Positions 1 to 13,078 of a stretch of DNA of 64,000 bases are shown here, piece after piece (position 1 is the first letter of the stretch; every line of letters begins with the position of its first letter). The notes under the pieces were generated by a model. It was not told where the DNA came from. It worked only from the letters and a program-made list of their open reading frames with translations, and made no database searches. This DNA is from the human T2T-CHM13v2.0 reference genome, Homo sapiens. Where the stretch lies: the NCBI RefSeq assembly GCF_009914755.1, contig NC_060936.1. One strand, written 5' to 3'. A program made the translations under genes and the position numbers.

Positions 1-587
1 ACACATTTCCATATAAAATAGTTACTGTTTTTGATTTTTGTTTTTCAAAAACAAAGACTTCTCTGTTAAAAATCCATTATCAATCACTTGCAACTTTAGC
101 AGCAAGATTCTGGTAACTGAGAAAGGTAATAGCACTTCAAAACAGGAACAGTTTAACAGCTGACAGTCCATTCACAAGACAGATTTTGCAAACATTAAAG
201 CATCTAACACATAATACGAATGTCTTCAGCAGCTCATCCAGTCATCACCTGATGACATTTATTACTGAATATTACATACATACATTCTGTGTGGCAGATA
301 GAGTCAGTACAGACAAAACAAAATCTGCCTTAGGCTGTGTGATAAACCTATCATACCTCCATCATCAAAAAACCTTCAGAATAATTTGGGGGATGCTTAC
401 AAATGCATTCATATACACAAGGAGCTGGAAATCTTAAATATGTTGCCCAGTCTTCCACAATCCATGCCATACATGGGCTTCAGAGCTTCTCCTTCCTTCC
501 ATTGCAGGAAGCTCCTTCTAGAAGCCTTGGGTGGGTAATTTGATTAATCACCCCAAGAGATTGATGGTCTGACAAGTCTTCAATGAC
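1..587 (-). other. PTPRR: PTPRR 3' UTR (probably continues beyond the window edge)
   Basis: Repeat-free sequence directly after the stop codon; one minus-strand AATAAA at 263-258. Confidence 0.85.
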
Positions 588-681
588 TCACTGGACAGTC
601 TCTGCTGAAAGTCTGCTCTCATACAGGCACAGAGCATGGTGCACAAATTCATACTGCTCACTGGTTTGCACCATTCCACCT
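588..681 (-). CDS. PTPRR: PTPRR last coding exon (Q-loop) to stop codon
   Basis: ttgcAG|A GGT GGA ATG...; (R)GGMVQTSEQYEFVHHALCLYESRLSAETVQ, TGA at 590-588. Confidence 0.97.
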
Positions 682-939
682 CTGCAAGGAAGAAATCATA
701 AAATAACTGATTTTGCTAAAATCTTGCAATTTCAAGTAACACAGAGATTTCATCCAAGCTAGGGTATTATGCCAAAGACACATAGAACAGTCGACCTAGT
801 GGTTCTTTTGTTATCCCTCTTACCTGTGTCCAAATGTCTCAACTATCAAAGTTAACATGGTAATGTATATAAAGGGCTTAACACAGTTCCCAGCACACAC
901 TAGGCACGTGATTAATTTTTACCTGTGTAACATTACTGG

Positions 940-1090
940 GGAGGTGGTACAGCCTAATGATCAAGTACTTGGATTTGGCATCAGCCAAGGTGAGTTCAAA
1001 TCCCTCCTCTGCCAATTCTTAGCTGTATGCATCTTGGACAAATTCCTCGAAACCCCTTGCACTTTAGTTTCTTCCTCTGTTAAAGCAGGA
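940..1090 (+). mobile_element. MIR fragment
   Basis: gagttcaaatccc..ctctgcca..ttagctgtatg..cttggacaaatt..cttagtttcttcctctgt core. Confidence 0.6.
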
Positions 1091-1589
1091 TAGTAACAGT
1101 AACTACTGCTGTGAAGGTTAAATAAATTCATTGTAGCTGGTATATTTGTATTACTTCTCAGGTGCCTCATGATTCATCTCTTGTTAAAATGGTTTATACA
1201 TTTGGCTTAAAATTGATTGACGGAGACAAACCAAACAAAACTCATCTGCAAAATGTTGCTTTCTACAAGTAAAATGAAGTCTACCTTGGAATGGTTTATT
1301 TGAATATGTTGTACAGAAGCAACCTTAGCCTTTTGGTGTACGGGGTGTCTAAACACAATAGTGGGTGGGTCCTTAAATGAGTTGGAAAAAGGGAATTGGC
1401 TCTGCTGTGACATTTTCCTCTTGGTTATCACCATTATCATCACTAGCTGCCCAGCACCCTCCTTGTCAATGGATTCATAGAAAGCACTTGCCTTCATGAG
1501 AAATAACGGTGCTTCTCATTATGTTTTTATATACATAATACCTATATCACATTTTCCCCCTTCATAATTATGATCCTTTTTTAATTTTA

Positions 1590-1872
<283 letters not shown>

Positions 1873-3074
1873 CCTATAATTATGATTTTTTAGCTTGACA
1901 AAGTTACCAGACATTAATATGTTACTATTCCTGCTCACTGTATAAAAGCATCACTATCGGTAACTATTTAAAGTCTTGTAAATTCTCTGTAACTCTGCAA
2001 TCATGCAACTGATCTTATCTTTTAGTTTAACTCTATGTTTTAACCAGATTTTTCCAAGTGGTTGTTAGTATCATTCAAAATAACTTTCAGATTATTTAGG
2101 CACTTCAACTTAAAAACAAGATATCTTGTCTCACTGTAACAAGACTTCTAGTTAATGGTAATAATAAAAACTGGGCTTCTATGTTTATTTGTCAATCTAT
2201 GTCAATATTAGAGCAGTAAAACTTCCTTGTTTTAAACTAAACAGTGATTCCCCAGGAAAATTAACATGATGTCAAAATGATGTAATTGGCAAAAAATAAA
2301 GAGGTAAATTCACAGTTTTTGGTGACAGCAACTTATTGACAGAAGTATTTAATTGGTCTTCCTCCCCTAGAGCTGTACATTTTGTTGCATTGAAGGCAAC
2401 CTTCTGGGCTAAGTATTCCTTGGTCAGAAGTGAACAACAGAAATGGCCAGCTGAGAATGTGGTAATGGTTTATCTTCTTAGCTGTGTGATGACATCTGGG
2501 CTCATCTAAAATCATAGCAGGTGTTCCGAAGATGCTGGCTTGAACTGTGAAGCTTGGGAGACACCACCACAGTAAATATTAGGGTAGCTCCAGGGAGCTG
2601 AGAGGTGCCTCCCTTCCTCTGGCATTTGCACAGCTCAGGGCACCATTACTCCCTCTTGAGCTGCAGACAGTATGTGGAAGCTTCTATGTGCTCCACCTCT
2701 TAGGCTCTGGTCTGTCAGCTTCCTCTCACCATTTACCTCACTTTGAGGCAAGATTTTCCCCTTCTTGTATGTTCTGGTCAGCACTGGTATTTACATGTCC
2801 AACTGGTGAATGAATGGAGACACAGTTTAGAATTTAATAACTGTTTCACCCTAAGTGGGTCAGTGGTGTAATTTAATGGTTGGAGTATATTTACTATGAC
2901 ATTCTGTTCACTAAATCAAGGTTGTTTTAGCCAGTGAAAGTGGGGAAGATGGAGAAGCATACTCATTAATTGTGGGCTGGCAAAATTCTTGCAGGTCTGA
3001 AGGCTTCAGGAAAGTATATGAAAAGTTCTCTTACCTCCCACTTAATTTGGAAAATAAAAATGAAAAAAACTGGC

Positions 3075-3910
3075 ATCAGAGGAATTCTTAGAGATCATCC
3101 ATTCTAGTCACTGACAATATAGCTTTTTTAGAAATCTTGCAATTTTAGAGGCAGCCTTTTCCAAGGTTGGCAGGAAAACTTTTAAGACATCAACATGAAT
3201 CTGTCCTTTCTAACTTTCACCGCATTGGTCCAACTGAAATAACCCAAAAGACGTCTTAAGGCTCCCCTGTAGTCACACAACAGCTCTCCAAAGGCTGGAA
3301 AACAGCCATCAAAGTCCTATAATCTTTTCTTCTTTAGACTAAACATCCTGTGGTCACTCAATATTTCTGTACAGCCTGGTTTTTCTGTCACTCACCACTC
3401 TAGTCTCCCTCTTCTACAGGCTATTTTATCAAATATGACCTTCTTAGAGAGTTGTGTCTCCTTCTGATGAGATCTATGAAGCAGGCTTATTTTCTCTTCC
3501 AGCTGCACGTTAGAGACCAATAGATCTGTGTTTGCAGGTGCATCAGGTGGTGAGGTCCCCCAGTGCCTACATGGTGCCTGGTTCTCGGTAGTATTTTAAG
3601 ATACTAACTGACGGTGTAGATTAAATAAAAAGTCAACAAGACTTTTTTTGAATGTGGACATTATAGCTTTCTCCCATCCTGTAATTATGCTACTGGATTT
3701 TTGAAACTAAATGCAAGGCTTTCTATTTATTCTTGTTAATTTCAACTTGTTAGTTTCAGCACAATGCTCTTGTTTACTGGATCACTATCTATCGTCAATA
3801 TATTAGTCTTCCATTTCTCACTCCCAGCGTTGTGTCTCCCAGGTATTTAACAAGGATCCCTTACATCTTTTTATCTAAGGCATTATTAAAAAATAGAAAA
3901 AGAGACAAAG
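3075..3910 (-). mobile_element. L3/CR1 LINE remnant
   Basis: Resembles CR1 segments (ttagagatcatc..tctagt; cttttcttctttagactaaacatcc; taaatgcaaggctttctatttat). Confidence 0.5.
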
Positions 3911-4272
3911 TAGGGTCTTTAATATGAGTAAGTTGATATCATGATATATACTATCTAATCCCATTCTATAATTATTTCCAACTAGGTTGTAGGTCCTTTA
4001 AAGACCTACAAGCATAATGGCATGGTCTTCTTCTACTTGTAACAATAAAAAGCACTTACGAGTCCTAGGTAAATACTTGTCAAATGAATTACCCAGGTCA
4101 TGCTATTTTCATGTCATGTGAAAACAGATAAACTCTAGGCTAAAAGAAAGCAAAAGGTATTCCAGGATGCATTCACTGGAGGCTGGTTCAAATTCAGGAA
4201 CTCATCATAATCATCTCTGAAAATATTAAATAAATGTCCTATTGCATATATTGATATATAGAATAGTCTATT

Positions 4273-4877
<605 letters not shown>

Positions 4878-5174
4878 AAATGCAGTTTTTTAGATAGGCT
4901 GGTCATAGCAAAAAAAGAAACACCTAAGAAGCTAGTACAGTGTCTGTATACAAAATATATTTATGGAATAAATGTATAAAGCTTGGTTAACTATGGAACT
5001 CTCAAGAGAGCTCTATAGTTATTCATCCTCAGGAGAGCTCTGACTTGACTCCAGGAAGCTCTTAGGTCAGATAGGTTTCATGGATTTGCTAAAATCTGGA
5101 TCTATATTACTGATATAAAGTTCCCAATACAAAGTGGTTCTGGGAGGTGAGAAACAAGGGTACTCTTTTTCTTA

Positions 5175-5312
5175 CTTTTTTTTTCTTTTTCTTTTTGGGG
5201 CAGGGTCTCACTGTGTCATCCTGGCTGGATCGTGGCTCACTGCAGCCTCAACCTCCCAGGTCAACTGATCTCCTTAGCCTCCCAAGTAGCTGGGACTACA
5301 GGTGTGCACCAA
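5175..5312 (-). mobile_element. Alu right-arm fragment
   Basis: T-tract then ggtctcactgtgtc..ctcccaagtagctgggactacagg. Confidence 0.75.
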
Positions 5313-5869
5313 TATGCATGCACCTTAAATTGCAAACAGAAGTGAAACTTACCTCAGGTTCATATCTGATAAATGCTTATGTTAGAACTAAAACATAACC
5401 CCAGCCAATCATAAGCATCCAACTCACATATTGTTATGTCAGTAAGGACTTTCCAATACAGTACCTGAAAAAAGGCAATTATGTAATTGCAAACCAACCA
5501 AATAAATTGTTTGTTTCTGTACTTTCCCAATAAATACTTGCCTCTGGCGTTTTGTCATTGGAACACTAAACCTCTTTTGGTCTGGTGTTTCCCAATGTAT
5601 GACTGGCTTCTTACTAAATAAACTCTTTAAAATTTTATTGTGCGTCAGATATTTCTTTTCCAGTACACGTTTGTTTTCCCAGGAGGTATAATACATTAAG
5701 TGAAAATACCTACTGCTAAGCAGGAGTTAGTTTACCAAAAAAGAGTAAGGTCAAATAAAAATGTCAAGAGAACCCCAGCTAGCTGAGAGAATGGTGCCAA
5801 GTTCATTACCAGGGGGGACCAGAGTATGTTAAGAGGGAAAAAGACAGCATACACTGTTGTCAAGACAAA

Positions 5870-6435
5870 TTCTGTCTCCACCACTTACTAGATATTTTAC
5901 CCAACTACACAATCTCTGCAGTGCTCAGTTTTTTCATCTGCAAATGATGCGACAATAAAAACAATAGTTCCTACTTTATAGCATTGTTGTGAGAAATAAA
6001 TGGGACTATCACTTAACATGTTTAGCACATAGCCAAGCACATATCAATACCATAAATGTCAACTATTATTATTGTTATTGTTATTGTTACTCTTTGGTAC
6101 CATCTGGTCAAATAGGACTGGTTAGGAGGCTCTGGAGTGAGGCCCCCAAAGACCCTGGAGAACCAAGAGCAAATCTGGCAGAGGACATTAGTTTGCCCAT
6201 TAAGTTCCAAATATCTTTCTAAATATTGACCAGCCTAGAAGACAGGCACAGTGGAGGCAGATGATGAAAATAGTAGGCTTGGAGTCTGACAGATTCAGGT
6301 TTGAATCCTTGTTTTTTTAACTTACTTAGCTAAATGATTTTAGACAAGTCATTTAGTCCTTCCCAACCTGGCTTTTCTCACTTGTAAAATGGCATAAATG
6401 ACAAACGTCATCGGGTTGTGAGGATTAAATGAATC
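5870..6435 (+). mobile_element. Two MIR fragments (about 5870-6070 and 6260-6435)
   Basis: ctcagtttttcatctgcaaatg; ggcttggagtctgacagattcaggtttgaatcct; gttgtgaggattaaatga. Confidence 0.6.
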
Positions 6436-6837
6436 AGAGCATATCAATGTCTGGCTGAAGGCTATTCACAGAATCCCCAGAAGCCCAGGGTTCTACAAAG
6501 GTGGCTGAGGACCCTGGGCAGGGCAGAGGAGGAGGATGGGTCATTAGGACTAGATGCCAATCCCAGCTTTGACCAGGGAAGTTGTGTTTTTTATTGGTTT
6601 TCTGTGTTGGTGTTCTGTGGAAGATTCTGCCTGCAAAAAGTTTTCCATTGTTCACAAAGAAGTTTGAAAACCACTGGCCTGGCTAATAAGGTATTTAGGT
6701 ATTTATCTAATAAGGCTTCAAGTTTTACAAGGTTTAAATGAGAGAATCCACAAAACTCTTGGCACAGTAACTGCCCTTCAGTGAGTACTAAATAAATGCT
6801 GTGTATTATTTTTCTTATTCTTAGTTAATACGACACC

Positions 6838-6959
6838 TAGGGTAACCATGTTTGGAAGAGTTGTGGTTCATTGGTGTTGTCCTGGTGTCATTATCAATTG
6901 GGTCACCTTTCACTCTCAGAAGTACCTTGGTTTGGATGATAAATTATTTGTTCATCCTA
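6838..6959. mobile_element. MER94-like hAT-Blackjack MITE
   Basis: Ends TAGGGTAACCA ... TGTTCATCCTA; internal ctttcactctcagaagt..ggtttggatgataaattat. Confidence 0.65.
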
Positions 6960-9900
6960 ATGATGCCCCATTCCATGCTGTGGAAGAAAGTCATTCCCTT
7001 TATTGCAAAAGTGGTGTTAGCCACGTGGCTTGGATTTCTTTGTGCCCACAGACTATGAAATGCTGTGTTTGGCCAGGCCAGAGAGGATTCAGATATACTA
7101 CCCTCCTATAAATGTCAGATAATCTCATATCACATTAGCCCTGCCAAATACAAAGATCAGTGTCGTCTCAGTCTCCGTGCAGAACAGCACGTAGCTGTGT
7201 CAGCTGGGGGTAAACTCAGGTTAGAAAGGGAAAAAAAAATGTAGTTTTTTCCCTTTGCTACTGGGAGGGTGTTTTGAAAAAAACCTCTCCAGATGCCCAG
7301 GAGAGAGATTTGGCTTTTAACATGTTAAAATTTTGACCTTTTGTGACTATTCACTCACACATACAGAGAGCAACAGCCTTTCCTGTCGTACCGCCCAGCC
7401 CGTATCCGGTCTAATCAGTAGACAGAAGAAATTCTGCAGTGATGACTCACTTCTGGGCTAACAATGAAACTTATGCTCCTTTGCTTTTTATTATTTTCAA
7501 ATCTGGAATTCTTTTGGTAAAGTTTGGTACAGTAAATTTAGAACAAAAGGTGTGGACGTTAATGTGCCTCCTGGGTAAAGTTCCAAGAGCTTGGGCATGA
7601 GTCAAGTGAGGCTACTGTCTGCTGTGCTTAGCCGGGGTCAGCTGTAAGGTGTGTCTGGCCCCTTGGACAGAGGATTTCCCATGGCTTTACACAGATGTCA
7701 TATCAAGGAGGGAGAACTTAAATGTAAATTTGGCCAATTCTGACCAGGTATTTTGAACATAGACACCTTCTCCAAAATAGATGTGTTCTAAAGTATTTGT
7801 AGGTCATAAAAATCAGCATATATCAAATGATAATTCAATTGATGAGTCTAACATATTTTGAGTTCCATTTTTTTTTCCTCTGAAAATTAGCCGTTTTCCT
7901 CTGAACACTCAAGTTAACACCTAATTAACTCCAAGCTAGGAAGAAGGAAAATGTCCTGGCAGCCACTTGGAAGATTCAGTCAGCATAATATGTTTTACAA
8001 AGTAGACCTCTTGTTGTGATCTCAGGAATTATAATGTCAAGTAAATCCACACCAATTTCTAGGGCTTTATCTCCAAGTGTCCTTAAAATAAGCAAATCAA
8101 AATGTTGAATTCCTGATCTTCAAATGAGATCTTTGAAGTTCATTAATTAGAGGAATCTTTGTGATTATTTGGGAATGCAGAGAAATATGGATAAATGTAA
8201 GGTTACAGTTGATAAACCTTAGACCAACAAGCAGAAACTTTAGTTTTGAAATTATTTCAACCAGGTTTTGGAAACAAAAAATATGTTGGGGACATATATT
8301 AGCCTTGGAAATTGATGGCATATATATTCTTCTGAGATGGCTGTAGTTAAAAAAAAAAAGAAAAGAAAATCATCGAACTGAAGTGACTAATCAAAACATT
8401 TAAACAATGATATGATGCACATTGGAAGCATCTTTTTATCCTGTGTGGGAAGCCACAAGTGAGGCCTTTGGATGTCATTCCAGTTTAAGCCCTCTAAGGT
8501 AAGGATGTACAGGCAACTACAAATTCCATCCTTGACTCTTAAAAAGAAGGATTTGACAGATAATTTCCTGCTACTCAGGAAGAAAAAAAAGAGGAAAAAA
8601 AAGGCCTTGGAATAAGATATTATTTTATATGTTTCACTTCCCAGGTTCTGTTTTAAAATTCTTCCAGTGTCCAGTTGCCAATGGGATTAAAAGGAAAACG
8701 ATGAGGAAAAAGTTATCTGAGGTCAATCTGCAATGGAATATGTTCCTTTCCTGCCTGCTTAGATGTCTTCTGATAGTCACGAATTGATTTGTAGTCATAC
8801 TTCTGTAATATCTATATGCATGTGAAGCACTGTCTGATGTTAAAATATAAACATCATCTATAGTAATAAACTGAGACACTGCATCTCTCATGCTAAATGT
8901 GTAAATGACCTTCTGTCACTATCTCAAACTGTAGAACCTTGACATACCCAAGCCTAAATGAATCTTTTTTAGCAAGAGCTACATGCAGCGAAGCTGGTTG
9001 GCTTAGCTTTATAGCAATTGGTATTTTTAACTAGGTGGTATAGTTGAACAATTTAGTGATATTTGAGATTAGAAGGTTTAAGTATTATATGGAAGGGCTT
9101 TCTAAGTAATAAAAAATGATTATACTGTGTTCAGTTTAGTACTAATGTTATGGATCTTTTTTTCAACTATAATTTTAAAAAATTGACCTATACATTTACG
9201 GTAATCTCCTGTTAATAGGAAAATGTGATTGAGCAAAATATCCCTTTTGCAACAATGCTGGCCAACAGAAAGTTCATTGTACTTATCATATTCAGATATT
9301 AATAAGTAATCTAAACTAAAATAATCAGAGATAAACAATTTTTCCTGGTTTATATAGCAACTAGTTCAGGGTCATTGCTGAAGGCAGGATTAGAATGTGA
9401 ACTTCCTCTCTCTTCATCTTGAGTGTAACCCACTTAGGCTTCCCACTGCAGAAAACAACAGCAGAACCCCCAAAATCCAGAATTTAGTCAATCTAATTTG
9501 AGCAAAATTGAAAGTTCAGTTCAGAGTGTTTTATAAAAACTTCAAAATTGGTCATGTGGCCTTGGAGATGTCCCCTTTTTTGGTTTTGGATTCTTCCTTT
9601 AGAATGAAAACTTTGGGCAATATATTCCTGAGGCTAGATTTTAAAAAAAAACCCACCCTTTTCCTAGGAGATGTTTGGCAAATGTTATGACTATTGCGGC
9701 TATCCCATTGTTCTCCACATAAACAAATCTTCAAAGACTCAAAGAAAGCAAGAGCTGAGAGGGATCTCAGAAAGCCAGTTGGTCACTCTGCAATCACTGA
9801 ATTCCAGCATGGAAAAGCATCTTGTTAGAGGAGTCCTGACATCCACTTAAGCTTTGTTGTGAGTCACACAATGAATATTAACTTGCAAGCATTAAAATAC

Positions 9901-10994
9901 AACAATCAGGTGGAGGTCCATGAAATATCTTACTCTTGATAGTAAGATATTTCTGGTTTTTATACCAGAAAAGGTTGGAGATCACTGTTACGCCCCACAT
10001 CTCCTTTTACTATGTAGACAGAGAGGCCTAGAGTGGACAAATGGTCACACAGAAAATTAGGGGGCAGAGCCACGCACCAAGCTCCTTGACATCTAGTCCA
10101 GAGATGTCCGGCACCTCATTCTTTTGCTAGTCTTACCAGTGTTCAGTTGCAATTGCCATACCACCCACTTCATCTTTTAATTAAAAGCGAATGCAGTGGG
10201 AATGAAGGGATGATCCCTTAATGCCCTTCTAAATAAAACATTCGTGGGTGCCTTGCACTGAATTTGAACTCCTACTTGGAAAAAAAAAAAGAAATCTTAT
10301 TTTAGTTCAAAATATGCTCAAAAGTATTAGTAAAAGGAGAATCACAGACTCATGAATCTGCAATGAGAACTGAGCATCTATTAATAGAAGTTGTCACAAA
10401 GCCAATAAAAATAATGTCTTGCCAGAGAATGAGGAATCTACCAAATGGTTTTGTCATTGTTATACTGGAAATATCCATTCAGCATAACACATTCGTCTCT
10501 GAACCAGACCATTTGAATTTATTACTAAAATGCAGATTTTTAACTTGAGTAGAAATTGCTTGTTCTTTTCATGTTAAATTACAATGACCAGGCATTGTAA
10601 TTTTTGGGGTGGTGGTGGTGGAAATCAAAATTTTAATCCTATCCAGTGTTCAAGCTCTTGACTGATCGGTCATGAAATGAGCCCCATTTCAAGTATCCAA
10701 ATCACTGCCTTGTCTTTTTCTTTGCTGTTAGCCATACCTGGACTCCTCAGAGGAGGCAGCTACAAGTGGAGAGGGGTAGATTATAAGAATAAGATGCACA
10801 GTATGCAGCCTTCATTGCTAGTGGTTGGAGGTTGTTAAAAAAGAGTAGAAAAGGATAGAGGAAGGCCTGTGAAGCTCGTATTCTGCCGAATACAAAATAT
10901 CAGCCTTCTGATATACTGGTTCTGTCTTTTCTCTCTCTTATTACACTTAGCTGCTTTTAATTAGTTGGTTCCACCATTCCTTTCCCACCACCTT

Positions 10995-11277
10995 TGTTTT
11001 TTTGAGTCTCACTCTCTCGCCCAGCCTGGAGTGCAGTGGCGTGAAGTCGGCTCACCACAACTCTGCCTCCTGGGTTCCAGCAATTCTCCTGCCTCAGCCT
11101 CCTGAGTAGCTGGGACTACAGGTGTGCACCACCATGCCTGGCTAATTTTTGTGTTATTAGTAGAGATGGGGTTTCACCATGTTGGCCAGGCTGGTTTTGA
11201 ACTCCTGACCTCAAGTGATCTGCCTGCCTCATCCTCCCAAAGTCTGGGACTACAGGCCTGAGACACCGTGCCGGGCC
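10995..11277 (-). mobile_element. Alu (AluS-like)
   Basis: Full two-arm reverse Alu. Confidence 0.9.
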
Positions 11278-11564
11278 CTTTTCCTCTTTTTAGGGGTCCA
11301 GGTTCAGGCTTAAATTACTATCCTATCTCTAGTCTTCTCTTCACCACAAAGCTTCTTGAAAGAACAGCTTATCTTTATTATTACAACTTCTTTCCCTCTC
11401 ATTTAGATGGTTCTTGAGGAAATTCATCTGTGGTCAAATAAATGTGAAAGAGTGCTTAAATAAAATTAAAGGAGTTTCTACATTGGAAGATTTTAGATTT
11501 TTTAATGCATTAATGCTTATTGTGAGTCTCCGAGTGGGGAAGACTTCGAAGAAATATAGTGTAG

Positions 11565-11855
<291 letters not shown>

Positions 11856-12178
11856 AATATATATATATATATAAACAGCTTTTCCCCGAACTTAGTCAAG
11901 AACCTACTTTGTGCCTGAACGCCACCAAGAGGGTTTGGCTTAGGAGGCTCTCAGTAAATAATTGTTAATTAAACTATGTCCTGAGAAGGACAATCTGGGA
12001 AACTGGGAAAGCTGGTTAAGACACCCATTTTTCTACACCCAGGTGCCTGATTCATGCTCAGTAGCAGATGTCTAGTGATGCCTGTTGAATGGATGAATGT
12101 ATGCAGGATTCAGGAGCACCACTCTGTGCAGAGGTCTCAGATGCCTGTTCCACAGAACACAGGATGCAGGCCCATCTA

Positions 12179-12239
12179 TTAGGTTGGTGCAAAAATAATT
12201 ATAATAGCAAATACCCCAATTACTTTGGCACCAAACTAA
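12179..12239. mobile_element. MADE1 mariner MITE, internally deleted
   Basis: TTAGGTTGGTGCAAAA ... CTTTGGCACCAAACTAA inverted ends flanked by TA on both sides. Confidence 0.85.
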
Positions 12240-12275
12240 TACAAACACTCATTCCATTCTAAAAATATCCTAAGA

Positions 12276-12460
12276 CAGAGTTAGCTTCAAGGGATCGTGA
12301 CCAGTGCAGTCATATACCTCTCACCTTCTTGTGCTGAGAAGGACCCTGAACTTGGGTTAATGCTTTGCTGTCACTGTCTTGAAGTATTTGATACTTTTTA
12401 ATCAACAGATGCCACATTTTCATTTTATACTGGGCCTCACAAATTATGTAGCTGGTCCTG
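12276..12460. mobile_element. MER91A-like hAT-Tip100 element
   Basis: ttaatgctttgctgtcactgtcttgaa..cattttcattttatactgggcctcacaaattatgtagctggtcctg. Confidence 0.7.
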
Positions 12461-13009
12461 CCCACAGTGTCCCTTGGAGTGCTCTTCAGCTCTGTCTTAG
12501 TGCCGCTTGCTTTCCCAAGACAAGCCATGAGCTTATCTAACAGTCTCCTTGATTGAAGGACCTCGCCATGGCGTGTCCAGCATCGGAAGCCCTCTTCAAT
12601 TTCCCTTCACCAAAACCCAAGTTCTGAATGTATTCCTAATGCCAGGAGTTACACTCTCTCCAGCTACCACACTGAAAAGAACAGATCACTTCGTTTAGAT
12701 TGAAGCGTTAATAGCATAGTAGATATGAAGTGTTATGCCATCTCCCATCTCCAGATTCAATAAACTTTAGAAAAAGATAATTCTTTTAAAAGAATCCATC
12801 CAAGATTAGCTCTTTACTAGCAGTATTTTAGACATTCGCTATACATTTTAGCATCCTCCATAGATAGATATTTTAAGAAGCAGCAATGTTTTGTCCCTCA
12901 AATTGTACTCTTAAGGCAGTTGCCGACAACGTCACTCCAACTATTCATAAAGGAGCTCTCATTTATACTAAAAACTGTTTTAAAAATTATGGTGTCCCGT
13001 TGTCATTGC

Positions 13010-13078
13010 ATTTTGTTTTTAAGAGGTGGAGTTTTGCTATGTTGCCCAGGGTGGGTGGCCTCGAACTCCTGGGCTCAT
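13010..13078 (-). mobile_element. Short Alu left-arm fragment
   Basis: ttttgctatgttgcccagg..ctcgaactcctgggctca. Confidence 0.6.
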
